Shown: positions 1 through 11,652, numbered from the stretch's first letter. The stretch is DNA of 64,000 bases from a bacterium (GCA_030429765.1 JAUIER010000001.1:65014-129013); one strand, 5' to 3'. A program made the numbers and translations. The notes: generated by a model not told the origin, from the letters alone.

Positions 1-1
1 A

Positions 2-613
2 ACCGAGAATATCCGTCAGGTGATCATGGCCGGTCAGGTGAATCCCGGCCATCTGTTTGAAGAGAGCACCGAGCTGGACGAAGATTTTAAGCAATTATTT
101 GATGCCTTGAAAGACCGTAAAGCTGACACAATTTTTGCGGCCGTGGCCGAGAAACTCAAAGAACATAATATCGAGTTGGTTGATTCGACGTTTTTGATCA
201 AGAATCACCTTGCTCCCAAGGGAACCCTGACACGGACGGCTCCTAATCTGGAACAATTAGGCGATATTGAATTCGGGCGGGATATCGCCAAGTCCATGGG
301 GCGCATTGACGTTGGGCAGACCGTGGTGATCAAGGACAAGGCGATCGTGGCGATTGAGGCCATGGAAGGGACTGACCGGACGATTTTGCGCGGCGGACAA
401 ATTGCCAAAGAAGGCGCCGTTGTCATCAAAATGAGCAAACCCAACCAGGATCTGAGATTTGATGTGCCGGTCGTCGGGCCGCGAACCATCAAGCACATGC
501 GAAAGTCCCGCTGTAAATGCCTGGCCATCGAAGCCGGCAAAACCATCATCATTGACCGGCAAAAAACCATTCACGCCGCCGACAAAGGCGGTATCTGCAT
601 TGTCTCCGTTTAA
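2..613 (+). CDS. lpxI: UDP-2,3-diacylglucosamine hydrolase LpxI (DUF1009), 5' end outside the window
   Basis: Motifs DVGQTVV, AIEAMEGTD and KPNQDLRFDVPVVG; frame is open to the window edge. Confidence 0.85.
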   Translation, partial: TENIRQVIMAGQVNPGHLFEESTELDEDFKQLFDALKDRKADTIFAAVAEKLKEHNIELVDSTFLIKNHLAPKGTLTRTAPNLEQLGDIEFGRDIAKSMGRIDVGQTVVIKDKAIVAIEAMEGTDRTILRGGQIAKEGAVVIKMSKPNQDLRFDVPVVGPRTIKHMRKSRCKCLAIEAGKTIIIDRQKTIHAADKGGICIVSV

Positions 614-739
614 TTACGGAATTCTCCTCTGTATTTCCATCGAACACTAAAAAGATCGCAATTTCGTTGCAGGGTTTCGAGATTTTTCATATACTCAACT
701 TAAAGGTTGAAAAAAGCTAGTAACAGGCGATATAAAGAT

Positions 740-2263
740 ATGAAAAATCTGATCTCATTCATATTTATAATAGTATTAATCTGCTTTTCCGGTATTGCAG
801 ACGCGAAGGATAAGCAGGGCAAGCACAAAATCTATCATCCGAATAAGAAATTCTTCTGGGTTGAGCACAACTATAAACGCGGGACAAAGAACGGTGAGTC
901 ACGTCAATATTATCCGGACGGTAATCTTCAGTATGAAATTCTTTATAAAAATGATGTAAAGGTAAATATTGGCAAACACTACTACCGCAATGGTCAGATA
1001 AAAGAAGAAGTCACTTATCAAAACGGAAAGCCTGACGGTATTTACAAAAAATTTTATAAAGACGGAAAGTTGATGATCCAAATCAATTACCGCAATGGTG
1101 AACCTGACGGCATTTACAAGAAATTTCAAAAAAATGGACGGGTGAAAGAGCAGCTGCAATATAAAAATGGGCGTCCCGAAGGGTTGTTCCAGGCCTTTTT
1201 TTCCGACGGTAGTCGCCGTCAGGAAGTCAACTTTATTGGCGGTAAACGTGAAGGCGTCTTTCACGAGTATCACCGAAACGGTAAAGTCAAACAGCTCGTG
1301 GATTACCGCAACGGAAAACGGCAGGGAATTCAGAAAACATATTATCAAAGCGGCAAGCTCAAGTCTGAATCGCTGTATGAAAACGGCGAGCGGGTCGGAC
1401 TCCGTAAGAATTATCATGAGGACGGGACTGTCAAGGGTGAGGTAAATTATGTGGACGGCAAACGGGTTGGCGTGGACAAGACATATTACGCGTCCGGCAA
1501 GGTCAAGGAAATCATTCACTACATTGACGGTGAACGCGATGGTAAATATGAAAAGTTCTATGAATCGGGCGTGTTAATGACCCAGTCCAAATATTCAAAG
1601 GGAAAGCTCGACGGCAAACTGCTGAGTTATCACGAGGATGAAAGTCTCAAAGAGGAGACCAAATACCGGATGGGCCTAAGGCACGGAGAGCATACAGTAT
1701 ACTATCCGAATGGTGAACTTGAATTAGTGGAGAAGTATAAAGATGATGTCCTACATGGCAAGGCACTAAAATACTTTGAGGACGGGACCCTGAAAAGTTC
1801 ACGCAATTATACCGACGGCCAGCTTACCGGTGTGTCCAAAGAATATCACAGCAATGGAAATCTGCGCGTCGAGCAGTTTTATATCAATAACATGATCGCC
1901 TCGGTCAAAGAGTATGATGAGAATGGATATATCCTGTCACGGGTCACCGATTCGTGGGGAAGCTATCGTCATCCGGCGGATATCGGGGCCGATTCCCTGA
2001 CCCAGGGAAAGTTCAAGGAAGAATTTACAGTCATCGTCAGCCGTATTGAAAAAGATCTGCTCCTGCAGGGATGGAAGCCTGGAAAATTCTATGCCGTTTT
2101 CGAGCCGATCGAAGGGACGTCTCAGGTAAAAGTCGATTTATGGCATTACGACACCTTTTTGGACGTCAATAAAAATGAGATTGGCAATGTCTCTGGAAAG
2201 AACCATTCCGTGTTTTATGACTACCAGCAGGACACGATTGTCAAGAAGCAGGTTTGGCAATAA
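740..2263 (+). CDS. Secreted MORN-variant (YwqK-like) repeat protein with a non-repeat C-terminal domain
   Basis: N-terminal signal peptide; many YxxGK..G..K.YY.NG repeats. Confidence 0.8.
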   Translation: MKNLISFIFIIVLICFSGIADAKDKQGKHKIYHPNKKFFWVEHNYKRGTKNGESRQYYPDGNLQYEILYKNDVKVNIGKHYYRNGQIKEEVTYQNGKPDGIYKKFYKDGKLMIQINYRNGEPDGIYKKFQKNGRVKEQLQYKNGRPEGLFQAFFSDGSRRQEVNFIGGKREGVFHEYHRNGKVKQLVDYRNGKRQGIQKTYYQSGKLKSESLYENGERVGLRKNYHEDGTVKGEVNYVDGKRVGVDKTYYASGKVKEIIHYIDGERDGKYEKFYESGVLMTQSKYSKGKLDGKLLSYHEDESLKEETKYRMGLRHGEHTVYYPNGELELVEKYKDDVLHGKALKYFEDGTLKSSRNYTDGQLTGVSKEYHSNGNLRVEQFYINNMIASVKEYDENGYILSRVTDSWGSYRHPADIGADSLTQGKFKEEFTVIVSRIEKDLLLQGWKPGKFYAVFEPIEGTSQVKVDLWHYDTFLDVNKNEIGNVSGKNHSVFYDYQQDTIVKKQVWQ

Positions 2264-2314
2264 ACCATTGTCACATATCAAGTTAGCGTATCCATCCCAC
2301 CCCCACAGTTTGAA

Positions 2315-2343
2315 TTGACACCCCTTCGCTTTTTCTATATAAT
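2315..2343 (+). promoter_or_regulatory. sigma70 promoter for the lysS operon
   Basis: TTGACA-17 bp-TATAAT, perfect consensus. Confidence 0.75.
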
Positions 2344-2400
2344 CATTGTTTACACTCTATATATAACTACTAATACTAATAGATCAAGGAAGCGTATTTG

Positions 2401-3867
2401 ATGGAACATGATGATATCAAAAGAGTTAGGGAAGAGAAGTTAAATGGTCTCGTAGATGCAGGGGTCAATCCCTACGGCGGCAAATATGAGCCAACCCACA
2501 CAGTCGAGCAAGTGCTCACCGATTTTAAAGCGGATGAAAAGGTTAAGATTGCCGGCCGCCTAATGGCCAAGCGCAGCCACGGCAAGGTATTGTTTGCGGA
2601 TATCGAGGACCAGACCGGAAAGATTCAGCTATTTATCAAGATTCAGGATCCCGAGGCCCAAATGACGCGGATCGTTAAGTCCCTGGATATCGGAGACATC
2701 ATCGGTGTGGAAGGTGAAACCTTCACCACCAAAATGAACCAGGACAGTGTCCGTGTGACCCATATCGAATTTCTCACCAAATCATTAAAGACATTACCCG
2801 AAAAATGGCATGGGCTCAAAGACGTGGAGATCCGTTATCGACAGCGTTATGTTGATTTGATCGCCAATAAGGATGTGCGTGATGTCTTTATCAAACGCAG
2901 TAAGATTGTCTCATTTATCCGCCAGGTTTTGGATGATCGCGGATTTCTCGAGGTCGAAACACCGATGCTCCAGCCGATGGCCGGAGGGGCTCGGGGACGA
3001 CCATTCAAAAGTTTACACAATGCCTACGATCTGGATGTGTATCTGCGCATCGCCCCGGAACTTTATCTCAAGCGATTATTGGTTGGCGGATTGGAACGTG
3101 TGTATGAAATCAACCGAAATTTCCGTAACGAAGGTGTGTCGACACGTCACAATCCTGAGTTTACCATGCTTGAAGTCTATCAGTCATATGGCGATTTTGA
3201 GGACATGATGCGCTTGACCGAAGACCTGGTGGCGGGGGCGGCCAAAGAAATCACCGGCTCGTACGTTGTGCCTTATCAGGGCAAAGAGATCAATTTTGAA
3301 CCGCCATGGGAACGTCGCAGTTTTGCGGGAATCATGAAAGAAAAATTTGATATCAATCCCGACGACGAAGCTTCCGTGATGCTCGAGAAAGTCAAGGTTC
3401 ATAAAGGCGGCTCGGTCAAAGTGGACAAGCTTACACGCTCTGCCGTTATGAAGATCGCCGAGGATTTGCTGGAAGAAGATGAGATCATCAATCCGGTATT
3501 TTTTACGGACTATTTTACCTTCCTGTGTCCATTGGCCAAGACATTACCTGAAAATCCGGCCTTGTCTGCCCGTTTTGAAGCGTTTGTGGCGGGAATGGAG
3601 ATCGGTAACGCCTATTCGGAGTTAAACGATCCGACAGAACAGCGTCGACGTCTACTCGAAGATCTCGAAGATGATGTCGAGACCGGCAACCGGACCATCG
3701 ATGAGGATTTTCTTAACGCGCTGGAATACGGAATGCCTCCGGCGGGAGGATTGGGCATCGGGATCGACCGGATGGTCATGCTGTTAACAGATTCGCCGTC
3801 CATCAGGGACGTCATTCTGTTTCCGTTGATGAAACCCACTCAGGAAAAAACTCAAGACAAAGCATGA
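2401..3867 (+). CDS. lysS: Lysyl-tRNA synthetase, class II
   Basis: YLRIAPELYLKRL, FRNEG, HNPEFTMLE, GMPPAGGLGIGIDR. Confidence 0.97.
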   Translation: MEHDDIKRVREEKLNGLVDAGVNPYGGKYEPTHTVEQVLTDFKADEKVKIAGRLMAKRSHGKVLFADIEDQTGKIQLFIKIQDPEAQMTRIVKSLDIGDIIGVEGETFTTKMNQDSVRVTHIEFLTKSLKTLPEKWHGLKDVEIRYRQRYVDLIANKDVRDVFIKRSKIVSFIRQVLDDRGFLEVETPMLQPMAGGARGRPFKSLHNAYDLDVYLRIAPELYLKRLLVGGLERVYEINRNFRNEGVSTRHNPEFTMLEVYQSYGDFEDMMRLTEDLVAGAAKEITGSYVVPYQGKEINFEPPWERRSFAGIMKEKFDINPDDEASVMLEKVKVHKGGSVKVDKLTRSAVMKIAEDLLEEDEIINPVFFTDYFTFLCPLAKTLPENPALSARFEAFVAGMEIGNAYSELNDPTEQRRRLLEDLEDDVETGNRTIDEDFLNALEYGMPPAGGLGIGIDRMVMLLTDSPSIRDVILFPLMKPTQEKTQDKA

Positions 3868-5057
3868 GCTACGAAAGCTGGATCAGTTACCGTTATCGAA
3901 AATCAAAACAGGGGCGGTTTTTAAAGTTTCTTAACTTTATCTCCGTGGCCGGGATTGCCACCGGTGTGATGGCGCTTTTGGTGGTCATCGCGATCATGAC
4001 TGGATTCGGCAATAACCTACGTGAGCAGATTATCGGCTCAACCCCGCATATCAGTATCGAGAAAGAGAACGGGATTAAAAATTACGATGATCTGAAGTCG
4101 CAGCTGATGCAGGTGGAAGGTGTCGTCGGCGCGTCGGCATACGCCCAGGGAAATATCTATCTGGAGAGCGGCGATCAGGCCCGGCCATTGTTTTTACGCG
4201 GCATTCAACCGGAAACCGAAGTGCAGGTGACCAAGGTTCAGGAGTATCTCGATGAGGGATCGTTAAGTGATTTAAGCAAGGGCAAGGTCTCGATCGGTAG
4301 CGAATTGGCCCGATTCTATGGCCTGGAGATTGGCAGTCTCCTGACGTTGATATCCCCGGGCACCGGGATCAAAGGTGAAGGCTGGAAACACACACTCGAG
4401 ATCGTCGGGATATTCACAACCGGACGCGCTGATTTTGACGCGAACATCATTATCACGAACATTGAAACGGCACAGATGCTGCTCAACTATCCGGATGACC
4501 GGGTCGACGGAATCGGACTAAAGACCGTTGATCCTGAGACGGCGGCTGATCTGAAAAAGGTGATCTACCAGAAATTTGGATTTAAGTATCTGGTCCGAAC
4601 GTGGATCGATACGAATAAAGGATTATTTACGGCGCTCAAACTTGAAAAATTAGGTCTGTTCATTATTTTGTCGCTGATTATTCTGGTGGCGTCGTTCAAT
4701 ATTATCAGTACCTTGATTGTTACCGTAACGAGCAAAGTGCATGACATCGGCGTGCTCAAGGCCATTGGCGTCCCGCGCGGAGCCATCCGGCGGATCTTCA
4801 CCAAGCAGGGCGTGGGCATGGGCGTTCGCGGAATCCTCTGGGGTCTGATGTTGGGGTTAGGCATTTGTTACTATTTGAAAACATACTTTGAGGTCCCGGC
4901 CGATGTGTACGGTATTGATCGGGTCCCTGTCGACGTCCAATTGCGTGATATGGCCTACATCGTGATCGCAGCGCTGGTCATCAGTTTTCTGGCGACCATT
5001 TATCCGGCATCTAAGGCCGCATCTCTGGAACCGGTCGACGCCTTAAGATACGAATAG
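3864..5057 (+). CDS. lolC: Lipoprotein-releasing ABC permease, LolC/E family
   Basis: FtsX/LolE topology; C-terminal ATIYPASKAASLEPVDALRYE; adjacent to lolD. Confidence 0.85.
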   Translation: MSYESWISYRYRKSKQGRFLKFLNFISVAGIATGVMALLVVIAIMTGFGNNLREQIIGSTPHISIEKENGIKNYDDLKSQLMQVEGVVGASAYAQGNIYLESGDQARPLFLRGIQPETEVQVTKVQEYLDEGSLSDLSKGKVSIGSELARFYGLEIGSLLTLISPGTGIKGEGWKHTLEIVGIFTTGRADFDANIIITNIETAQMLLNYPDDRVDGIGLKTVDPETAADLKKVIYQKFGFKYLVRTWIDTNKGLFTALKLEKLGLFIILSLIILVASFNIISTLIVTVTSKVHDIGVLKAIGVPRGAIRRIFTKQGVGMGVRGILWGLMLGLGICYYLKTYFEVPADVYGIDRVPVDVQLRDMAYIVIAALVISFLATIYPASKAASLEPVDALRYE

Positions 5058-5072
5058 GATCGTGAGAACAAG

Positions 5073-5801
5073 TTGATACTTTACGCCAAAAATATTCGGA
5101 AGGTTTACAAACAGGCCCGGACTGAACTTGAGGTCTTGAAGGGCGTGGATGTTTCTATCCAGCAGGGTGAAGTTGTCGCGATCGTCGGACCGTCCGGCGC
5201 GGGAAAGTCCACGTTGCTGCATATTCTCGGCGGCCTAGATGTGCCGACAGATGGCGAAGTCCTGCTCGACGGAGAGAATTTGTACCGGCTCAGGGACAAA
5301 CAGCGGGCCAAGGTCCGCAACGAAAAGATTGGATTTGTCTTTCAGTTCTATCATCTGTTGCCGGAGTTTAACGCGTTGGAAAATGTGATGATGCCCGGAT
5401 ATGTGCTGGGACGGTTAAGCCGGAGCGAGGTGAAGCGCCAGTCGGTGTCATTGCTCGAACAGTTGGGACTGGGCAAACGGCTCAAGCACAAGCCTTCACA
5501 GCTATCCGGCGGTGAACAGCAGCGAGTCGCGATTGCCCGGGCGTTGCTGAATGAACCCAAGATATTGCTGTCGGATGAGCCGACCGGAAATCTCGACTCT
5601 AAAAGCGGCAAGGAGATCATCAAGCTCCTGATGGATTTGAACTATGTTAAGAAGCAGGCGATTGTGATTGTCACGCATGACGAAAGTATTGCGCGCCAAT
5701 GTCACCGCACGATTCATATGCGTGACGGATTACTCGATAATGTAAAGGCCGAGAAGCCTCAGAAGAAGGAAAAAGGAAAAGTATATGAAAATTTATCTTA
5801 A
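5073..5801 (+). CDS. lolD: Lipoprotein-releasing ABC ATPase
   Basis: GPSGAGKST, LSGGEQQRVAIARAL, DEPTGNLD. Confidence 0.9.
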   Translation: MILYAKNIRKVYKQARTELEVLKGVDVSIQQGEVVAIVGPSGAGKSTLLHILGGLDVPTDGEVLLDGENLYRLRDKQRAKVRNEKIGFVFQFYHLLPEFNALENVMMPGYVLGRLSRSEVKRQSVSLLEQLGLGKRLKHKPSQLSGGEQQRVAIARALLNEPKILLSDEPTGNLDSKSGKEIIKLLMDLNYVKKQAIVIVTHDESIARQCHRTIHMRDGLLDNVKAEKPQKKEKGKVYENLS

Positions 5802-6648
5802 TGGCGAATTTGTTGAAAAGAAGGACGCAGTTGTTTCGGTTTTTGATCATGGTTTTCTGTATGGTGATGGCGGATTTGAAGGCATCCGTTCTTACAACAG
5901 TCTGGTTTTTAAGTTGGACGAACATTTGAACCGTTTGTATGAGACTCTGCACACGTTGATGATCGATCCGAAAATGACCAAGGATGAAATGTCCAAGGCG
6001 ATTGTCGAAACGCTGAAAATCAATAACCTCACAGATGCCTATATCCGTGTAATCGTTTCGCGGGGTGAGGGGGATCTGGGATTGGATCCCAAGAAGTGCT
6101 GCGGAATGGCGAATGTCATAATTATTGCGGATAAAATTACTCTTTACCCTAAAGAGTTGTATAATAAGGGGATGGAGATTATGACCGTCTCCACGGTCCG
6201 AAATCATCCCGGTGCCATTAACCCGCAATTGAAGTCCCTGAACTATCTCAATAACATTCTTGGCAAGATCGAAGCGGGCAATTCGGGGTACAATGAAGCC
6301 ATTATGCTGGATCATCAGGGATTTGTGGCCGAATGCACGGGGGATAATATTTTTATCATCAAAAACGGACAGATGTCCACACCTAGCCAAGGGATTCTCA
6401 AGGGGATCACCCGGCAGGCTGTTTTGGATATTGCCGCGGACCAGAAAATCCCGGCCCGGGAATGTTTGTTAACCCGGCACGAAGTATATGTCGCCGATGA
6501 GTGTTTTCTGACCGGTACCGCCGCTGAAATCATTCCGGTTGTCAAAGTGGATGGGCGTATCATCGGCAGCGGGACGCCGGGGACAATTACCGAACAAATC
6601 AGAGAGGAATTTCACAAGCGAACGCAGACCGAGGGCGTGAAGTATTAG
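5785..6648 (+). CDS. ilvE: Branched-chain amino acid aminotransferase
   Basis: DHGFLYGDG.FEG, KSLNYLNN, EC.G.NIF, GTAAEI.PV. Confidence 0.95.
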   Translation: MKIYLNGEFVEKKDAVVSVFDHGFLYGDGGFEGIRSYNSLVFKLDEHLNRLYETLHTLMIDPKMTKDEMSKAIVETLKINNLTDAYIRVIVSRGEGDLGLDPKKCCGMANVIIIADKITLYPKELYNKGMEIMTVSTVRNHPGAINPQLKSLNYLNNILGKIEAGNSGYNEAIMLDHQGFVAECTGDNIFIIKNGQMSTPSQGILKGITRQAVLDIAADQKIPARECLLTRHEVYVADECFLTGTAAEIIPVVKVDGRIIGSGTPGTITEQIREEFHKRTQTEGVKY

Positions 6649-6675
6649 TCGTCCGCCTGGCGTCGCCAATCTATC

Positions 6676-7173
6676 ATGAAATGTGATCTATGCAATAAAA
6701 AAGCCACGGTTCACCTGACCGAGATCGTGGATGAACAGATGTCGGAAATGCATTTGTGTGAAGAGTGCGCCCGTGAAAAGAGTGTGCAGATGGAGCAGCA
6801 ATTCGGACTGTCTGACTTATTAGCGGGACTCACCGATTTTGGCAAGCAGGTCAAAACTGCCGATAAGGTCGATCTTAAATGTGAGCATTGCGGGATCACC
6901 TATGATGATTTCCGGAAATTCGGACGGCTGGGATGCGGACATTGTTATGACGCGTTCAAGTCGCATTTGTCGACACTGCTCAAAAAGATCCACGGTGCGA
7001 ACCATCATTTCGGCAAAACGCCTAAGAAGCTGCCCAAGGCCGATAAGAAAAAGGTTGAAGACCTGCAGGAACTCAAGAATAAATTGATGCTGGCGATCCA
7101 GATGGAAGATTTTGAAAAGGCCGCCAAGCTTCGCGATAAAATCAGAGATATTGAAAGTAAGAAGTCAAAATGA
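6676..7173 (+). CDS. mcsA: McsA, activator of the protein-arginine kinase
   Basis: Four CxxC motifs, GRLGC..CY, C-terminal UVR domain (EDFEKAAKLRDKI). Confidence 0.92.
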   Translation: MKCDLCNKKATVHLTEIVDEQMSEMHLCEECAREKSVQMEQQFGLSDLLAGLTDFGKQVKTADKVDLKCEHCGITYDDFRKFGRLGCGHCYDAFKSHLSTLLKKIHGANHHFGKTPKKLPKADKKKVEDLQELKNKLMLAIQMEDFEKAAKLRDKIRDIESKKSK

Positions 7174-8222
7174 AATTGGATTCATTCATTGATAACACCG
7201 GTGAATGGTTGAAGGGAACCGGGGACAATGCCAACATCGTGATGTCGTCCCGGATCAGATTAGCCCGAAATTTGATGGGTTTTCCGTTTCCCAATAAAGC
7301 CAGTAAAAAGCAATTGCATCAGATCTTAACGACGGTTCATAAGGCTATTGAGGAGATCGGTTATTTTGAGACCTCCTCGCTCTTTAAGATCAGTGAGTTG
7401 GACAATGTCGACAAACAGTTTTTGATCGAACGGCATTTGATCAGTCACGATCACGCCACGAACCCGGATGGCAAGGCCGTGCTTATTTCCAAGGAAGAGG
7501 TCTTGTCGGTGATGATTAACGAGGAAGATCATCTGCGGATTCAGGTCATGCAGTCAGGCCTGAATCTTGATGAAACATGGAAGATCATCAATTCGATCGA
7601 CGACGCTCTTTCGGAGAAGTTGGATTTTGCGTATTCCATGCATTGGGGATACCTGACCGCCTGTCCGACGAACACCGGTACCGCGATGCGCGGTTCGGTG
7701 ATGCTGCATTTACCGGCCTTGGTCATGACCAAGCAGATCAATAAAGTGATGGCAGCGATTTCCAAACTGAATTTTGCCTCACGCGGTTTTTATGGTGAAG
7801 GAACCCAGGCCAGCGGTAACATTTATCAGATTTCAAATCAGTTGTCGATGGGGCATGGCGAAGTCGAAGTCCTGCAAAATATCAAGGGACTGATCCGTCA
7901 GGTGATCGAGCAGGAGGAGCAGGCCCGTCAGGCATTGATGCTTCAGAACAAACCGATGCTGGAGGACAAGATCTTCCGTTCGTACGGTATTTTGAAAAAC
8001 GCGCATATTATTTCCAGCCAGGAAACCGTGGATCTGCTTTCCATGGTCCGCCTAGGCGTGGATTTAGGAGTCTTAAAAGATATAACCCGTAAATGCATTA
8101 ATGAATTATTCATCACGATTCAACCGGCCCATCTGCAGAAGATCGGCAAGAAAAAATTAAGCGCATCGGAACGTGATGCGAAAAGAGCGAATCTTATTCG
8201 AAAAAAATTGGGAGGAACATAA
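7170..8222 (+). CDS. mcsB: Protein-arginine kinase McsB
   Basis: [31 protein letters not shown]. Confidence 0.95.
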   Translation: MKLDSFIDNTGEWLKGTGDNANIVMSSRIRLARNLMGFPFPNKASKKQLHQILTTVHKAIEEIGYFETSSLFKISELDNVDKQFLIERHLISHDHATNPDGKAVLISKEEVLSVMINEEDHLRIQVMQSGLNLDETWKIINSIDDALSEKLDFAYSMHWGYLTACPTNTGTAMRGSVMLHLPALVMTKQINKVMAAISKLNFASRGFYGEGTQASGNIYQISNQLSMGHGEVEVLQNIKGLIRQVIEQEEQARQALMLQNKPMLEDKIFRSYGILKNAHIISSQETVDLLSMVRLGVDLGVLKDITRKCINELFITIQPAHLQKIGKKKLSASERDAKRANLIRKKLGGT

Positions 8223-8224
8223 AC

Positions 8225-10642
8225 ATGTTCAATCGATTTACGGAAAGAGCTAGAAAAGTTATTGTTTATGCAAAAGAAGAGGCGCGCCGTTTCAATCACG
8301 ATTACATTGGGACCGAGCATCTTTTACTGGGGCTGGTTCGCGAGGGTGAAGGGGTCGCCGCGGCGGTCCTCCAGAAATTGGGATTGGATTTGGAAACCAT
8401 TCGCATTGAAGTTGAAAAACTAGTGCAGCCGGGGCCGCAAACGCAGGTGCTGGGTGATATTCCATTTACGCCGCGTTCCAAAAAGGCGCTGGAATTATCT
8501 GCCGAAGAGGCGCGCGCTTTGGGGCACAATTATATTGGAACGGAGCATTTGCTTTTGGGATTGGTCAAGGAAGGCGAAGGCATGGCTTACCGCGTGCTTT
8601 TGAACTTGGGATTGGATCTCGGGAAGCTCCGCAACGAAGTTATGGAATTGCTGGGTTCGGGAATTCCGGGGTACGGATCACAAGAACCGGCCAAGAACGA
8701 CAAGACGCCGGCCATCGACGCGTATGGTCGAAATCTTAACAAGTATGCCAAGGACGGTAAATTGGACCCGGTCATCGGGCGAAAAGAAGAGATCGATCGA
8801 ATCCTTCAAATCCTTTCCCGCCGGACCAAGAATAACCCGGTACTTCTCGGTGAGGCCGGTGTCGGAAAGACGGCCATCGTTGAGGGATTGGCCCAGAAGA
8901 TTATCAAAGGGGAAGTACCGGAGATACTTCGGGATAAAACTATTGTTGTTTTGGATTTGGCCTTAATGATCGCAGGTACGAAGTATCGTGGTCAGTTTGA
9001 AGAACGGATCAAGGCCATCATGGATGAGATCAAACGTTCAGGAAAGATTATCCTGTTTATCGACGAGCTTCACACACTGGTTGGAGCGGGAGCGGCCGAA
9101 GGTGCGATTGACGCGGCCAATATCCTTAAGCCGGCATTGGCTCGGGGCGAGATTCAATGTATCGGAGCCACCACGCTCGATGAGTACCGCAAACATATCG
9201 AAAAGGACGCGGCCCTGGAACGTCGATTCCAGACGATTACCGTCGAACCTCCATCAGAGGAAGAGGCCATTCTTATCCTAAAGGGATTACGTGACAAGTA
9301 CGAAGCCCATCACCGTGTTAAATTTTCAGATGAATCATTGGAAGCGGCGGTCAAGTTGTCGGAACGGTATATCTCCGGACGGGCGCTGCCGGATAAGGCG
9401 GTGGATATTCTGGATGAGGCCGGCGCCAAGGCCCGCTTGTCGGCGATGGTTGTTCCGCCGGACTTGAAAGAACTCGAGGCCGAGATTGAATCGCTTAAAC
9501 AGGAAAAAGAAGCTTTCATCAAGAGCCAGGATTTTGAGAAGGCCGCCAAGATGCGTGACAAGGAACGCGAAACCCGTGACAAACTTGAAGAGGTCAAGAA
9601 CAAGTGGTCCGAGGAACGTGATAAAGTTTCGATCACGATCGGTTACGAAGATGTCGCGCTGGTTGTGTCGCAGTGGACCAAAGTTCCATTGAGCCGTCTG
9701 GAGGCTGGTGAATCCAAAAAACTACTTAAGTTGGAAGATCATCTGAAAAATGCGGTCATCGGTCAGGATGAAGCGATTGGATCGATAGCTCGAGCGATAC
9801 GACGATCGCGTGCCGGAATTAAAGATCCTCGTCGGCCGATTGGTTCGTTTATTTTCTTGGGACCGACTGGTGTGGGTAAAACGCTTCTGGCTCAGACAAT
9901 CGCGGAGTTCATGTTCGGCGGTAAAGAGTCATTGATCCAGATCGACATGAGCGAGTACATGGATAAGTTTAATGTGTCACGATTGATCGGTGCGCCGCCG
10001 GGGTACGTGGGTTATGAAGAAGGCGGTCAGCTGACCGAAAAAGTCCGGCGACGTCCTTATTCGGTTGTCCTTCTGGATGAAATCGAGAAAGCGCATCCGG
10101 ATGTCTTCAATCTTCTGCTTCAGGTATTCGAAGAAGGTCGTTTAACGGATAGTTTGGGGCGAAAGGTAGATTTTCGAAACACGATTATCCTGATGACGTC
10201 CAATGTCGGCGCACATACTGTCGGGACCGGCGGCGGATTGGGATTCGCGGAGCAGAGCGAAGAGCATACCTATGAAGGGATGAAGTCCAAACTATTGGAT
10301 ACTGCCAAAAAGACCTTCAAGCCGGAATTCCTAAACCGTATTGATGAGATCATTGTGTTCAAATCATTAACCAAAGAGAATCTCAAGAACATCGTACAGC
10401 TTGAGATCGCGGGCGTCTTAAACCGGTTGAAGGACAAGGAAATCGAGGTGGAGCTCAGCAAGGACGCCTTCGAGCTGATTATTGAAAAAGGATTCGATCC
10501 TGTTTACGGCGCGCGTCCGCTCCGACGGACTATTCAGCGTCTGCTGGAAGATCCGTTGGCTGAGGATATCATTTCAGGTGTCTTTAAAGAAGGGACCAAG
10601 ATCAAGGCCGATCGAAAAGAGGAAAAGCTGGTATTCAAATAA
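8225..10642 (+). CDS. clpC: ATP-dependent Clp protease ATPase ClpC
   Basis: Two Clp-N repeats, two AAA+ modules ([16 protein letters not shown]), UVR coiled coil. Confidence 0.97.
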   Translation: MFNRFTERARKVIVYAKEEARRFNHDYIGTEHLLLGLVREGEGVAAAVLQKLGLDLETIRIEVEKLVQPGPQTQVLGDIPFTPRSKKALELSAEEARALGHNYIGTEHLLLGLVKEGEGMAYRVLLNLGLDLGKLRNEVMELLGSGIPGYGSQEPAKNDKTPAIDAYGRNLNKYAKDGKLDPVIGRKEEIDRILQILSRRTKNNPVLLGEAGVGKTAIVEGLAQKIIKGEVPEILRDKTIVVLDLALMIAGTKYRGQFEERIKAIMDEIKRSGKIILFIDELHTLVGAGAAEGAIDAANILKPALARGEIQCIGATTLDEYRKHIEKDAALERRFQTITVEPPSEEEAILILKGLRDKYEAHHRVKFSDESLEAAVKLSERYISGRALPDKAVDILDEAGAKARLSAMVVPPDLKELEAEIESLKQEKEAFIKSQDFEKAAKMRDKERETRDKLEEVKNKWSEERDKVSITIGYEDVALVVSQWTKVPLSRLEAGESKKLLKLEDHLKNAVIGQDEAIGSIARAIRRSRAGIKDPRRPIGSFIFLGPTGVGKTLLAQTIAEFMFGGKESLIQIDMSEYMDKFNVSRLIGAPPGYVGYEEGGQLTEKVRRRPYSVVLLDEIEKAHPDVFNLLLQVFEEGRLTDSLGRKVDFRNTIILMTSNVGAHTVGTGGGLGFAEQSEEHTYEGMKSKLLDTAKKTFKPEFLNRIDEIIVFKSLTKENLKNIVQLEIAGVLNRLKDKEIEVELSKDAFELIIEKGFDPVYGARPLRRTIQRLLEDPLAEDIISGVFKEGTKIKADRKEEKLVFK

Positions 10643-11622
10643 TGCGAAAACACGCCGTCAAAATTCTAGTCTTGTGCTTTGTCTTGGGGATCACCACCCA
10701 GGCGTCTGCCAAACAGCTGCTGAGTTTCCATGGAGTGCTGGATCTACAGGCTGAAAGTCTGGACGTCAACGTGGAGGTGTCCCCGGATGAAACCATTCGC
10801 GGATCGTTCCGCAAGGCCAGCGACGGCGTGTATGATCTAAAGGTCGATCTGGATCACGTGAAAGTCATGAATTATGATCTCTCGACGGAGATTCAGTCCC
10901 GGATAGAATTTAGAGACACCAACATCTATTCCTCGGAAATGATCGTTGGACGAATCTGGAGCAATTATTCGGTGGTGGACTTAAAGCCGGTTAAAGAATT
11001 AAGCGGGACATTCAAGATCGGAAATAACCATTTAGTTCTTAACGACGTGTCCTTCGGCGCGCTGAATACCAGCGGCTATATTGATCTACAGGCCCCGCAC
11101 AAACTCGATGTGGGGATCAATGTCAATTTCATGGAGATGGAAGACTTTCTGAAGTTCTGGATGAACACGGAAAATTACAGTTCCTCCGGGCAGGTGGCCG
11201 GCGTGATCAAGGCAACCGGCACAGTTGACCGGTTGAATCTGCGCGGAAACTTGAAGAGTTTTGATGGCCGGATTAAGGACATGAACTATGACAGTCTGGC
11301 GCTGAACATCGAAGGTGTGTACCCGGACTTTCAGATTGATAAGTCGTCCAACTTGTCCCGTGTCGATGGGATGAGTTTTTCATTCGACGGGCCGATTGAT
11401 TTTGCCGATCGTAAGGGATTCAAACGGCAGCTCAAGAATCTTAACATTTCGCCGCTGGTCAAAGAGTCAGCCTCCCAGAAGAAGTGGACGATTAAGCGTC
11501 ACAAGGAAAGTGGAGCTGATTCCGCGGAGCTTAAATATTTCATGCGCAAAGAAGGTTCGATCGGTTCTCAGAATGAAGAAGAGGCCGCGCTGTTCGGCAT
11601 TGAACGTGTGTTGGAATTCTAA
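10642..11622 (+). CDS. Exported beta-rich hypothetical protein, possibly AsmA/TamB-like
   Basis: Signal peptide, alternating beta-strand pattern, terminal Phe; start overlaps the clpC stop. Confidence 0.55.
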   Translation: MRKHAVKILVLCFVLGITTQASAKQLLSFHGVLDLQAESLDVNVEVSPDETIRGSFRKASDGVYDLKVDLDHVKVMNYDLSTEIQSRIEFRDTNIYSSEMIVGRIWSNYSVVDLKPVKELSGTFKIGNNHLVLNDVSFGALNTSGYIDLQAPHKLDVGINVNFMEMEDFLKFWMNTENYSSSGQVAGVIKATGTVDRLNLRGNLKSFDGRIKDMNYDSLALNIEGVYPDFQIDKSSNLSRVDGMSFSFDGPIDFADRKGFKRQLKNLNISPLVKESASQKKWTIKRHKESGADSAELKYFMRKEGSIGSQNEEEAALFGIERVLEF

Positions 11623-11652
11623 TCCATCCATTTCTCGCAGCACGAAAATATC

